A stretch of 64,000 nucleotides of DNA from Candidatus Bathyarchaeota archaeon (GCA_963717465.1 OY970340.1:352001-416000), one strand, 5' to 3'. Positions 10,204-20,866 are shown, numbered from the stretch's first letter. Made by a program: numbers and translations. Notes: generated from the letters alone by a model not told the origin.

Positions 10204-10512
10204 ATTTAACTTACAGGTTAAAGAATCTATATTACTTTTTTAGATTTCTTTTGGAGGGCGCTTTCTTGATGAAACTCCAAGACGATCTTGGCATAATCCG
10301 AACAAATTCTTCAAGCTGCAGGCTTGCATTCAGGCATGGTCTTAGTGCGTTTATTGCATATTTTTTAGTTTAATGCTTCTCATTAAGCTCTTGTTAATTT
10401 AGGTTGATAGGCATCTGTAATCTGAGTTAAAAACCATGCTTCAAGAGACCCAAAATTTCACTTTTTTGTTTTCTGAAAAAGAAGAAATAGTAGTTACTAT
10501 CTAACAGTTTCT

Positions 10513-11332
10513 ATGCGATTACTCTTTAAAGAAGCCATTCAAACCTGTTTTAGCCCAACAGATGACCGATTAAAGAAGCTCACCAAATGGGTTGAAAACT
10601 CAAACTCCGCAAGAGACACAAAAAACCTAAACAAAAAACTTAACCAGTATGATAAAGCGGAAGAACTCATCGCTTTCTACACTTTTGCACCATTAGTGTT
10701 AAGTCTAAACAGGGTAGGGTTAACAAACAGAATACTATCATTAGCTAATGTAAGTGCGTTTGAAGAGAGTGTGGAAGAAATAGCTCTCGAAAAACAATTC
10801 AACCCACCAAAAGAATACCTACGATGGCTCAGAAAACAATGTGACAATCACCCCATTAGATATGTTAGAGAGCAAGCAAAACTGCATAAGGATAACCAGC
10901 GATTAGAAGGAAATACACATGCTGATGCATTCATTCAAACCGACAAACTGCTCATCTTCTTCGAAATTAAGTTCACTTCAGACATTTCATGTGACACTAC
11001 CTTTGACCCATGTAGAAATCAATTGGCAAGACTTGTTGATGTCGGTTTAGAAGTTAACGAACAAAATGGCAAAGAAGTTCTTGTAATCCTATCAACTCCA
11101 CGTAAACTCTACGAGAGTAAAAGCAGATTCTATTATTACAAAATCGGAGTACGCTCACCCAGAAAAGATGAAGGAAGACATTGAGTGGAGAAGCGTTGCA
11201 ACTATTAGAGATAATGTCTTAGCTGTAAGGTGGATTGCTCTCGAAGACTTAATTGATGCACTCTACAGAGACTTTGAGCATAAGGATAAGAAAGAAGCAT
11301 TAGAATTTTTCAAAGAGAAAAACCTCTTGTAA
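10513..11332 (+). CDS. Putative PD-(D/E)XK nuclease, frameshift near 11145
   Basis: EGNTHADAFI...FFEIKF...RNQLARL motif; reading continues EYAHPEKMKEDIEW... to TAA at 11330-11332. Confidence 0.65.
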
Positions 11333-11365
11333 AATCTGTGAAAGAGATTAAGTCATTATTCTTTT

Positions 11366-11689
11366 TTAGTCCTCAATGTTTTTAATTAATTTTTTTAATG
11401 ACTCAAGGGTTTTCTTAACTGTTAGATTGTTAAGAAGATCCAGGTTCAATTCTATTGCCTTATTATCATTTAAAGAATCGTCTGTCATGAAGTCTATTAC
11501 TACCTCACTGAAGACCTTCCAGAGCTTTGACATTGGCATATTGTAGGTTTCATCATCTGTAAAGCCTTCTTTACGCATTCTTCCTAACATTTCATTAATT
11601 AATGCAACTTCAAGCGTTCCTTGCTTTTTTGCTTCATCTACAAATTCTTTGAAAGTCATGTCTAAAACATCTTTGACTATGTCAGACAT
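11366..11689 (-). CDS. Hypothetical alpha-helical protein
   Basis: 107-aa ORF with ATG start. Confidence 0.55.
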   Translation of the reverse strand: MSDIVKDVLDMTFKEFVDEAKKQGTLEVALINEMLGRMRKEGFTDDETYNMPMSKLWKVFSEVVIDFMTDDSLNDNKAIELNLDLLNNLTVKKTLESLKKLIKNIED

Positions 11690-11871
11690 ATCATATTTTT
11701 TGTTTGGTTGCTATTTTAACTACTATTGCATACAAAAATAGATGCACATTTAACCTAACAACGCTTTTCCTATGTGTAGGATTAGACAGTTAGTAAAGTG
11801 AGCGTTAAGTTTGTTGTTACTTAGACGAGACAACATATACCTATATACTATCTTATAATTTCATTCGCTAA

Positions 11872-12009
11872 ATGAATGGAAACATAGTTACTTGCCCAAA
11901 CTGCGGTAATACGCTTGATAAACCATGCAAAAAATTAGAAAATTCTGTCTTTGCAATTGCAGCTTACCATTGCCCAAAATGTGATACTACTTTTAAAGTG
12001 GTTCGCTAA
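11872..12009 (+). CDS. 45-aa Zn-ribbon microprotein, absent from the ORF track
   Basis: MNGNIVTCPNCGNTLDKPCKKLENSVFAIAAYHCPKCDTTFKVVR; TTATAA upstream. Confidence 0.7.
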   Translation: MNGNIVTCPNCGNTLDKPCKKLENSVFAIAAYHCPKCDTTFKVVR

Positions 12010-12218
12010 AAATCTTCTTTTTTTCAGGTTTTCTGGATGATGATATTCTTATTGCTTTTCTCTCTAAGGTTTTATGTTTATATCTCTTAATTGAAAATAA
12101 AAGCTTTTTGAAATCTGTGAAATAATAATAATTTATTCAATCTTCCACCACATGCGGCATTCAACTGGTCAATCCTTCCAAGTCCTTTGTCTTTTATTTA
12201 TAGTGAAAGAGGGGTTCT

Positions 12219-12638
12219 TTAATCTCGCTTTGCCAATCTTTTCTTCATGCATTCTTCACAAAAATTGTTCTTGAACCTTCTTAAACGTCTGGGCTGAAAT
12301 GATTTTCCGCAGCCATTACAGTTTATTTGATTAACCTGTTTGGGTTCAAGTAGTCTTAATCTTCGCTCTATCTCAACTCTAACTTCAGGATCATCAACTG
12401 TTTTCAAAGCATCAGTTAACAAAATTCTTGCCTGTTCAACACTGTTTTCACCAAAAACCTTTACAAAGCCATTCTTGCTATTCCCAAGCTGAATGGGCAA
12501 CATGCAAACAAAATTTGAAGGATAACTCTTAGACTTGCGCATATCAATTACGGCAAAGCGAAAGCGATGCCTCTTGGAATAGTCCGAAATGTCTTCTCGC
12601 TTAATGATACGCAATTTAAAGTCCATGTCAATCAACAC
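12219..12638 (-). CDS. Hypothetical protein with C-terminal Zn finger
   Basis: CNGCGKSF...FCEECM. Confidence 0.7.
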   Translation of the reverse strand: MLIDMDFKLRIIKREDISDYSKRHRFRFAVIDMRKSKSYPSNFVCMLPIQLGNSKNGFVKVFGENSVEQARILLTDALKTVDDPEVRVEIERRLRLLEPKQVNQINCNGCGKSFQPRRLRRFKNNFCEECMKKRLAKRD

Positions 12639-12825
12639 TTAGAACTAAGAGATTAAGAATACAACCTAATAATTGTAACCTATGGATTTTTCAAAAATAT
12701 ATTGTCTGGTTTGAAACTTGTTACCCGAATCTTCCACTACACACTGGACATTCAGTTAGAAGCTTGTTCCGATATACATGATTACTTCAAGCATCACAAG
12801 GTCGAAGGTAGGCCCTGATTACATA

Positions 12826-15453
12826 TTATTGACTATTTGAGGGAAGATTGATTGTGAATTTTGTTCCTTTGCCAACTTCACTTTCAAAAAATATTGTTCC
12901 GCCTTGAGCTTCTATAACCCGTTTGCAGACTGATAAACCGAAGCCTTGACCTCTTGATTTAGTTGTAAACAATGGAGTAAAGATTTTAGGTTTGACCTCT
13001 TCAGCAATTCCTACACCAGTATCCTCAACCTTAATCTCCATTTGACCTTTACCATCAACAAGTGCTTCTATCATTAATTCTCCACCGTTTGGCATGGCTT
13101 GAACTGAATTCGTGACAAGATTGATTAGCACTCTTCTTAGCAGTTGAGGGTCTACATCAACTGTTAGCTTCTCTCTAAGTTTAATTGTTGCTTGAATGTT
13201 CTCAGGAATGTTCAATTGGTCTAAAGTTGATGCTAAGAGTTCATTTAAATTAATAATTTGCTTGATTGTTTCCACTGGTTTAACGAAAGTTTGCAAGTCA
13301 CTCACTATTTTATCCATATAGTTGATTTGTGCTTCAATATCCTCAATGCTCTCAAGCATCATAGTTCTTGATTGTCCTTCTGGAACACTATCTAATTCTG
13401 ATTTTGCAAGATACAGTTCCCCAATGATGGCTTGCAACGGATTCCGCAAATCATGCCCAACCATGCCAGCCGTTTCACCAATGGCTGATAGTCTTTCTTT
13501 TTCCTGCAATTGCTTTTCTAAGTTCTTACGTTCAGTAACATCTTCAGCGATTAAACCCATTTGGTTTGGGTTCGGTCTCCATGCAAGAACTTCAAAATAA
13601 CGGTTTAACACTTCACTTTTCATTAAAGAGCGAATAGGCTTACCAGTTTTTTCAACTTGATTGAACATTTCCAGCCAATAATCAACCCTAAATTTTGTTA
13701 AGTCTCTTAGATTTATGTCTTTAAAGACATCCCTCGTTCCTTTGCCAATAATATCCTCTTTTCTTTTATTCAGAAGCTTTAAAAACGCAACGTTGGCATC
13801 AGTAATAACATAATCAATAATTTTTCCTGCTTTATCAAAAACTAAATCGGCGATAAAGAACATTTCACTCATAGAATCAAAAAGCTGATGATAGCGTTTT
13901 TCACTTTCCTGCAAAGCAAGTCGAGCCTGCTTAAGCTCAGTCATGTCAACGCTTATCCCTCTTGCTCCAACAATCTTATCTTGCTTTATGATTGGTACAC
14001 TAATAAGTAATACAGGGAATTTTGAACCGTTCTTTCTAACAAACATATATTCAATACTTTGTCTTTTACCGTCTGAAAACATTTTTATCATGTTAGTTTT
14101 TGAACGTTTAGCATCCTCTTCAGCGACCAAACGGTTAGCATTAAAACTGCTTCCAAAGTCCTGTTTAGAATAACCCGTTTGCTCAATTGACTTCGAATTT
14201 GCAAAATTTATGATCCCTTTATTGTCAATTTCAAAAACCATTTCAGGTAACTTATCAACCATCTGTTGATATTTGCTCTCGCTTTCCTTCAGCTCCGCCT
14301 CAGCTTTTTTACGTTCGGATATATCTTTAAGCAAAACGCCGACTTGACCCCTAACGAATGGAAACATGTGAACATCAAACCACCTGCTTACTTCCTTGTT
14401 AAACCTTTCATAACGTGCCCATTCGCCGGTCTTGGCAACTTTGCCAATTAATGAAAACCATATAGGCTCAATGTTCTCTGGAACTTCGCTTGCCCTTTTG
14501 CCTTCAACATCTTCGATGCCCCCGCCTGTTTGACGCTCAAACGCAGGATTAACCTTCAAAAACCTAAAATCACATAGTTCTCCTGCTTGATTGTACAGTG
14601 GCTCAAGCAAAATGAAACCATCATCGCTATTATCAAACAATGTCCTGTATAGCTGTTCACTGTCTCTGAGTGAATTTTCAGCTTTTTTGAGTTCGGTTAC
14701 ATCTCTGAAGAGTATGCCGATTTTTCCTTCCTGGTATTTGAAAGTATAACCATCATACCATCGGCTGGTAACTTGGTTATAGTTCTCAAAATGCTCGGAT
14801 ATACCTGTTTTGTTTGCCTTATCGATAGAAGAAAACCAGTGGGACTCTATCTTAGGAAATATGCCTTTTACACGCTTGCCAACGAGAACGGATGATTTAA
14901 CTCCAGTCTGCTTCTCATAAGCTTCATTTACCCTAAGATACACCAAATCAACAAGCTTACTTTCCTTATTGTACAATAGCTCAAACAGTACAAAGGCATC
15001 TTGAGTATTATCAATAAGTTTATGGTAGAGTTCTTGGTTTTCTCTTATTGCATCTTCTGCTTTCTTGCGTTCAGTGATGTCTTGAACAGTTACTATTAGC
15101 CTAACTGGATGATTATGTTCAAAGAAGGTCTGTCCAGTGGCAGTTATCCATCTCATGTTGCCGTCTTTCTGGTTAATAACTCGATATTCTGCACAGTATT
15201 CTCCATTTTCATTTGGGTTAAGAGCCTTGTCAATTTCTGCTTGAGTATTTGCACGGTCATCTGGATGTATCAATGACATAAAAGTATCATGCGTAAATTT
15301 TCCTTTCGGACCAACTCCCAAAATTTCCCTAACGCGCTTATCCAATTGAATTGTTCCAGAAGTCAAATCATAATCATAAATTCCCAATTTATTAGCCTTT
15401 ATTGCTAATGAAAATCGTGTTTTCGTTTCAAACAAATTTTCTTTTTCAAGCAA
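12826..15453 (-). CDS. Cytoplasmic multi-PAS sensor histidine kinase
   Basis: About 5 PAS/PAC repeats (DITERK), H-box GHDLRNP, and N, G1, F, G2 boxes. Confidence 0.93.
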   Translation of the reverse strand: MLEKENLFETKTRFSLAIKANKLGIYDYDLTSGTIQLDKRVREILGVGPKGKFTHDTFMSLIHPDDRANTQAEIDKALNPNENGEYCAEYRVINQKDGNMRWITATGQTFFEHNHPVRLIVTVQDITERKKAEDAIRENQELYHKLIDNTQDAFVLFELLYNKESKLVDLVYLRVNEAYEKQTGVKSSVLVGKRVKGIFPKIESHWFSSIDKANKTGISEHFENYNQVTSRWYDGYTFKYQEGKIGILFRDVTELKKAENSLRDSEQLYRTLFDNSDDGFILLEPLYNQAGELCDFRFLKVNPAFERQTGGGIEDVEGKRASEVPENIEPIWFSLIGKVAKTGEWARYERFNKEVSRWFDVHMFPFVRGQVGVLLKDISERKKAEAELKESESKYQQMVDKLPEMVFEIDNKGIINFANSKSIEQTGYSKQDFGSSFNANRLVAEEDAKRSKTNMIKMFSDGKRQSIEYMFVRKNGSKFPVLLISVPIIKQDKIVGARGISVDMTELKQARLALQESEKRYHQLFDSMSEMFFIADLVFDKAGKIIDYVITDANVAFLKLLNKRKEDIIGKGTRDVFKDINLRDLTKFRVDYWLEMFNQVEKTGKPIRSLMKSEVLNRYFEVLAWRPNPNQMGLIAEDVTERKNLEKQLQEKERLSAIGETAGMVGHDLRNPLQAIIGELYLAKSELDSVPEGQSRTMMLESIEDIEAQINYMDKIVSDLQTFVKPVETIKQIINLNELLASTLDQLNIPENIQATIKLREKLTVDVDPQLLRRVLINLVTNSVQAMPNGGELMIEALVDGKGQMEIKVEDTGVGIAEEVKPKIFTPLFTTKSRGQGFGLSVCKRVIEAQGGTIFFESEVGKGTKFTINLPSNSQ

Positions 15454-15655
15454 TACCTATAAAACTCCTCAAAAATCGACTATATTATAAATATAATATT
15501 AACAGTTTAAATCATATATAAATTGGCATTTCCAGAAAAGAAACGAGAAATAGTAAAGTAGTGCCTGCGCTTATTGGTTGAGATTTTAGGCAAGGCTTTG
15601 AGCGTCAGGCTTTAGTGGTCAAAGTGCATTGCTCATAGTGATGTTTCAGGGGGGA

Positions 15656-15705
15656 TTGGGTAGGTCTTTGGGTAAAACTTATATTCTGCCCAATTCATTG
15701 GGTAA
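15656..15705 (+). promoter_or_regulatory. Probable antitoxin operator with TTGGGTA repeats and an inverted repeat
   Basis: TTGGGTA at 15656, 15668 and 15698; CCCAAT-TC-ATTGGG just upstream of the antitoxin ATG. Confidence 0.45.
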
Positions 15706-15718
15706 CATGTGCTGAGTT

Positions 15719-15961
15719 ATGGCTGAAACTACTTTTTACAAGAATAAGGTGTATCTTCCACGTGAAGTTCAAGAGAAACTGGGACTGGCTGAGGGTGACG
15801 TTTTGCGTATTGAAGTCGTTGAGAAAGGTGTAGCTAAATTAGAAGTTGCACGCAGTTGTGATGCATCAGCAAGAATCCTCAAAAGACTCAAAAATCCTCC
15901 AGACCTGGGAAGAGTGAAGGGTAAACTTGGGCGAGAGGAAATCTACGAAGATATTACTTGA
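15719..15961 (+). CDS. vapB: AbrB-type antitoxin (VapB)
   Basis: KVYLPREVQEKLGLAEGD; overlaps the PIN gene. Confidence 0.85.
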   Translation: MAETTFYKNKVYLPREVQEKLGLAEGDVLRIEVVEKGVAKLEVARSCDASARILKRLKNPPDLGRVKGKLGREEIYEDIT

Positions 15962-16382
15962 CACCAATATCCTTGTCCATGCTCATAATAAGTCATCTCC
16001 TCATCAGAAAAGCGCCAGCGCTGTAATTGAGGATGCAATGACTGGCAAATTCGATGCATGCTTGACAGCTCAAGTGATATACGAGTTCTTTGCAGTCATA
16101 ACGAACCCAAAAAGGGTAGAGTCACCCATGAAATTAGATGAAGCAGTCAACGTTTGTAAGGATTTTTGGGAATGTTTCGAAATCGAAAAGATTAATCCAA
16201 CTCATAACACAGTCATGGACGTAATGAAGCTGGCCAAAGAAATGAAAGTTTCCAAAGGCAAGATTTTCGATTGCGTCTTGGCTGTCACAGCCAAAGATAA
16301 TGATGTGCAATGCATTTACACTGAAAATACCGATGACTTCAAAAAATACCTGTTTCTGAACGCTTCCAACCCTCTTAAATGA
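15927..16382 (+). CDS. vapC: PIN-domain VapC toxin; start TTG 15927 or ACG 15945
   Basis: ILLDTNIL, VIYEF, IFDCVL and YTENTDDF motifs. Confidence 0.9.
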   Translation: MGERKSTKILLDTNILVHAHNKSSPHQKSASAVIEDAMTGKFDACLTAQVIYEFFAVITNPKRVESPMKLDEAVNVCKDFWECFEIEKINPTHNTVMDVMKLAKEMKVSKGKIFDCVLAVTAKDNDVQCIYTENTDDFKKYLFLNASNPLK

Positions 16383-16428
16383 CCACAGACATTATTGTAA
16401 CCACCAGTGATTTGAACGATGCAAGTCG

Positions 16429-16635
16429 ATGTCTAAGTTACCGTCTGTGGATTATGATAGGGTTATCAAAGTCCTTACACAATAGGTTATGTTGTTAACA
16501 GCCAGAAAGGAAGCCACATAGTTATGCGGCTTGTTGATAACCAGAGATATATTTCGTTGTTCGGCTGCAGAAAAAATAAGAGGATGGCAGTTATTCCTGC
16601 ACATAAACCTCTTGGAAAAGGGATGCTGAATTATC
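16429..16635 (+). pseudogene. hicA: HicA-family toxin remnant, frameshifted and truncated, with no hicB
   Basis: MSKLPSVDYDRVIKVL, frameshift near 16483, then GYVVNSQKGSHIVM...VIPAHKPLGKGML. Confidence 0.72.
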
Positions 16636-16871
16636 GACTTTTTCTTTTAAGCAATTGTACCGACGCGACCCAAAAATTTTGGCCAATCAGAACTACCAAG
16701 ATTGGGACAAAAAACGGAGAAAGCAATCCTGCCATTATTAAAGCAAACCCGCCCTCATATAAACGGCCCATTCAGCATTCGCGTGCATGAACGGACAAAA
16801 CAGGACGAAATTGGCTAAGTATAAAAGGCTCTCAAGCGCATTAAAACAAAACGGGCAGTTGCGGTGAACTG

Positions 16872-17801
16872 ATGGTTTCTAAACTACCTTTAAAGAAAAC
16901 CATTTTTGTCCTAGCGGTCATCATCGTTATTGCTCTTAACCTGTACACTTTAATAGCTGCATACCCTGAAAGCACGCAGATAAGTGCAGGCATTAACCTT
17001 TCAGGTTCAGGCTCCAATTTAGCCAAGGATTTCTCAGCATATTACATAGCAGCGTGGAGGCTCTGGCATGACCCCAGCCACATTTACACTATCGGAGGCT
17101 TAGCTGATGGCGAGCCGATGATTTTTCCGCAACCGGAAACTTACAAGTACCTGCCGTCCTTTTTGCTTATAGTTTCACCTTTCCTTTCGCTGAGTTACCA
17201 GCAGGCACTTTTAGCTTTTGATATTGTTCAGTTCCTGCTTTTGCCCATCATGGCTTACATGCTCTATAAGATGCTGGGCAACAAGCCGCTGGCAGTCACT
17301 TTCATCATCATCCTTATTGCATTACTCTTGCCTTATCCAGCTCCAAACGGGGGACTTTCTTTGAGCTATTACTGGCAATGGGCTGAAGGGCAAGCCAAAG
17401 TCTTCGTGACTTTTCTGCTTTTGCTCAGCTTCTACCTTGGTTTTCGGGGTAAACCGGTTTTATCTGGAATTGTTTTTGCGTTTGGGTTTTTCGACCCTAG
17501 GTTCGGGTTGCTGGCGATACCACTCTTTGTCACGTATAACTGCAAAAAACTCAAAGTAGCCACTGTAAGCGCAATCGGTATGATGGTTGTGTCAAATGCG
17601 ATGCTGCTTTACCCAAGCATGGGCTTAGGATTCATAAGCATGGCTTTCAATTCAACGACAACACCGCTATACTACTACTCATTCATACCTCTCTTTACGC
17701 TTATAGCACTCACCGTGGTGAACGCCAAAGAAGTAGTCGCTGCCTTCTTTAGTTTAATAAGGAAAAACAACAAAACATTAGAAGTAGGCCAACAAGGATG
17801 A
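16872..17801 (+). CDS. GT-C membrane glycosyltransferase (GT87-like)
   Basis: DFSAYYIAAWRL, YKYLPSF and EGQ motifs; multiple TM helices. Confidence 0.75.
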   Translation: MVSKLPLKKTIFVLAVIIVIALNLYTLIAAYPESTQISAGINLSGSGSNLAKDFSAYYIAAWRLWHDPSHIYTIGGLADGEPMIFPQPETYKYLPSFLLIVSPFLSLSYQQALLAFDIVQFLLLPIMAYMLYKMLGNKPLAVTFIIILIALLLPYPAPNGGLSLSYYWQWAEGQAKVFVTFLLLLSFYLGFRGKPVLSGIVFAFGFFDPRFGLLAIPLFVTYNCKKLKVATVSAIGMMVVSNAMLLYPSMGLGFISMAFNSTTTPLYYYSFIPLFTLIALTVVNAKEVVAAFFSLIRKNNKTLEVGQQG

Positions 17802-18089
17802 GCAGATTGTAAGATTTCAAAAAGCTTAGGCAATCAACTAAGCTAGAAATCGTGTCTTAGTATAGAGCTCAACTATAAGTTGTATTAGCATGCGCTTTAA
17901 CCCGTAGGTTAAAAAAAAACAATGCTATTTTTATCTTCCAGACCAATTTGAAACTCAAGTTAATCATGGCTCTTCCTTGAATTGGATATTTTCCTTCCAT
18001 ACAATATGCTAACGGATTGTTATTACTAATCAGTATTATTAATTCATAAATACTTTAAGAATTTAAAATCCATTTTTTCTTGGTAAACA

Positions 18090-18656
18090 ATGATAAAAGA
18101 GAATAACGAAAACAAGACAACCTATGAAGACTTACCATACATCCCTATGGATACTGCTGTAAAACCTGCAATGTCTAGCTTTAAGAAATTAGATGTTGGC
18201 TGCGGAAACATTGGGCAAGGTGACGTTAACTGTGACTTATACATAAAAGATGCTGGGCATAGAGGAAATAAACTACAAGAAGAACAAATAAACCCTAAAC
18301 TAATATTAAATTTTGTCAACTGCGACGCATTACATTTGCCTTTTAAAAACAATGTTTTCGAAGAAGTTTATAGCAGTCACTTGATTGAGCATGTTTCTAA
18401 TCCATCCTTACTAATTAAGGAAATGCTACGGGTAACGACACACTCTGTAATAATTAAGTGCCCTCATCGTTTTGGTGAGCCCTTTAGAGCTAGATATAGT
18501 AAATATCATAAATGGCATTTCACAAGGAAGGATTTTGCTCATTTATCAAATGTTAGCGGTTATATTTCAGGTTGGGCTTACCTGCCCCATGATTATTTTC
18601 CACTTTTCAGGCTTCCATCAGAAATAACCATTCAAATAATAAAAGAGAGAGTATAG
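18090..18656 (+). CDS. Class I SAM-dependent methyltransferase (type 11-like)
   Basis: LDVGCG, CDALHLPF, SSHLIEH and EMLRV motifs. Confidence 0.8.
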   Translation: MIKENNENKTTYEDLPYIPMDTAVKPAMSSFKKLDVGCGNIGQGDVNCDLYIKDAGHRGNKLQEEQINPKLILNFVNCDALHLPFKNNVFEEVYSSHLIEHVSNPSLLIKEMLRVTTHSVIIKCPHRFGEPFRARYSKYHKWHFTRKDFAHLSNVSGYISGWAYLPHDYFPLFRLPSEITIQIIKERV

Positions 18657-18799
18657 TCATTTACAAAAAAGACTAAACTTTTTATGTCTTTATGTTAGGT
18701 AACTTAATTTTACAGTCAAAATCGAATAAATTTTTTAATTCTATCTGACGAGAGTTAACAGCAAAAAGAAACTGACGATAACAACAGAACCATTGCAAG

Positions 18800-19232
18800 C
18801 TTTACTCATGCGATTAGGGTGAAATCAAGATAAAATCTAATGTCAAGTGTGAAAAATAATTCCGCCCTCTATGTGGAGCAGTACACCAGGATAGAATAGG
18901 TGATAACGTGTTTATAAAATCCTAGTCTACCATTGAATCATTCATTTAAGAGCATAGTCATAGGGAATGACACGTTAATTGCTCAACACGTTTTTATTAT
19001 TGACAGCTACCACAGAACAGGAAGGAATGAATTAATAAGAACCCAATGTGGAACTAAAGGAGCAGTAAAGATCGGCAATGATGTTTGGATTGGTGAGGGG
19101 GCAAAGATTTTAAAGGGGGTTACGGTAGGTGATGGCGCTATAATCGGCGCTGGCAGCGTAGTAACAAAGGATGTGCCGCCATATTGCATCGCAGTTGGGG
19201 TTCCAGCTAAGGTCATTAAAGAAAGAAAATAG
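18800..19232 (+). pseudogene. Hexapeptide-repeat O-acyltransferase with degraded 5' part
   Basis: [36 protein letters not shown]...VGVPAKVIK; upstream IGDNVFIK fragment is interrupted by a stop. Confidence 0.7.
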
Positions 19233-19317
19233 AAAAGTTGAGAACATATATTTTTAATTTTAGGTAAGGTAATCTGCTTTTTGGTTTTTGCTTTTTCTCA
19301 GTTTTAGCCGTTAACAG

Positions 19318-19749
19318 TTATGGGTTATTTTGGTCGTCTTTGAATCCTAAGAGATCTTTAAGAGATTTTAATTGATCTTTTAACTCGTTTACTTCAAGTT
19401 CAAGGTCATTTGCTTTATCTTCAGCGTCTTCAAGTTCTTGGAATTCTAAAATCATGCCTGAACGTTCAGATTCTATTATTTTCAGGTTCTCTCTTAGTTT
19501 GTTTAAGTTGCTGTTTAAGCCTGACTTTATTTCGGTTAATTTTTCAATTAAGCTTAGGTAATCTGGTGAATCTGCAGGTTTTGCTTGGGAATCGACTTTT
19601 GCTCTGAATTTGAACTGGCATTTTGGGCATTGAAAAATTCCTATTTGGATTTCAGAGGTGCTTCTTTTCAGTCCCTTCTTTGAGGATGCCATAGTCCAGG
19701 ATTTTATGACTGTTGATTCTGTTCCGCATTCAGGACAATTAACCATCAA
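19318..19749 (-). CDS. Cren7-like Zn-ribbon domain fused to a coiled coil
   Basis: CPECG...KSWTMA...IGIFQCPKCQFKFRAK followed by about 80 aa of heptad-rich helix. Confidence 0.65.
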   Translation of the reverse strand: MMVNCPECGTESTVIKSWTMASSKKGLKRSTSEIQIGIFQCPKCQFKFRAKVDSQAKPADSPDYLSLIEKLTEIKSGLNSNLNKLRENLKIIESERSGMILEFQELEDAEDKANDLELEVNELKDQLKSLKDLLGFKDDQNNP

Positions 19750-19867
19750 GTGAGCCTCACGCGATCAATCATTTTTCTTATTATTCTGTTGACGTGGCTA
19801 TAACATTTTGCATTGCAAAAGAAAGATTTTGGCGAAAAATAATAAAAAAAGAAAAAAGATATGTTAG

Positions 19868-20866
19868 TTAAAGGCTGATTTGGAACATTAATCTTTCAGC
19901 TAGTTCCTTGTATCGGTTTCTGATTGTGACTTCGGTTACTTGTGCGATTTCTGCGATTTCTCTTTGAGTTTTTCTTTCTCCTGTTAAGACTGATGCTACG
20001 TAGCTTGCGGCTGCGGCGATGCCTGTTGGACCTCTGCCTGAGGTGAGTTTGAGTTCTTTTGCTGCGGCTAGGATTTTGTGGGCGATCTCTTCTACTTTTC
20101 CCTGCATGGTTAATTGGTTGGAGAATTTTGTTACGTACTGGCTGGGTCTAAGCGGCGGGATTGAATAGTTGAGTTCTTTTATTAGGAAACGGTAACTGCG
20201 GCCTACTTCTTTCTTGTTTATTGTTGATGATTGCGCGATTTCGTCTAGTGTTCTGGGTAGTCCGCATTGTCTGCAGGCTAGGTAGATTGCTGCTGATGTA
20301 ACGCCTTGGATGGATCTGCCGCGGATTAAGCGTTCTTTTACGGCTTTTCGGTAGATTACTGAGGCGGTTTCAAGGATGTTTTTTGGCAGGTTGAGGTTGT
20401 TGGATATCTTGGTGATTTCTGATAGGGCAAAGGCTAGGTTGCGTTCTGTTGCGTCGGATACGCGTATGCGTCTTTGCCATTTTCTTAAGCGGTAGACTTG
20501 GGCTTTTTGTCCCGGCGAGAGGCTTTTGCCGTAGATGTCTCGGTCGTGCCAGTCGATGGTTGTGGATAAGCCTTTATCGTGAATTGTATAAGTTAGGGGT
20601 GCGCCGACTCGGGTTCTTTTTGATCGCTGCTCATCGTCGAATGCTCTCCATTCGGGTCCTCTGTCAGCTATTTTGGCTTGGATGACGTAGCCGCAGTCCA
20701 TGCAGACTAATTCAGCGGCTTCGTAGTCGCGCATTAGTCGGGTGCTGCCGCATTCGGGGCATGATTGGACTTTAAAAGTTTCTGTTTTTTGGGGTGCTTG
20801 GTCTGCTTCCTCATGCAGCTTGCTTTCAGGTACCTTGTTATCTTGTAACTTGCTTTCTCTACTCAT
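19868..20866 (-). CDS. tfb: Transcription initiation factor TFB
   Basis: Zn ribbon CPECG/CMDCG, B-finger GPEWRAF, cyclin repeats and [13 protein letters not shown]. Confidence 0.97.
   Translation of the reverse strand: MSRESKLQDNKVPESKLHEEADQAPQKTETFKVQSCPECGSTRLMRDYEAAELVCMDCGYVIQAKIADRGPEWRAFDDEQRSKRTRVGAPLTYTIHDKGLSTTIDWHDRDIYGKSLSPGQKAQVYRLRKWQRRIRVSDATERNLAFALSEITKISNNLNLPKNILETASVIYRKAVKERLIRGRSIQGVTSAAIYLACRQCGLPRTLDEIAQSSTINKKEVGRSYRFLIKELNYSIPPLRPSQYVTKFSNQLTMQGKVEEIAHKILAAAKELKLTSGRGPTGIAAAASYVASVLTGERKTQREIAEIAQVTEVTIRNRYKELAERLMFQISL

Noticed and set aside
10146..10373. 75-aa ORF in the track
   Set aside because: Out-of-frame overlap with rpl40e (10042-10203)
16524..16790. 88-aa ORF as an independent gene
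   Set aside because: It is the 3' part of the hicA remnant running into unrelated sequence
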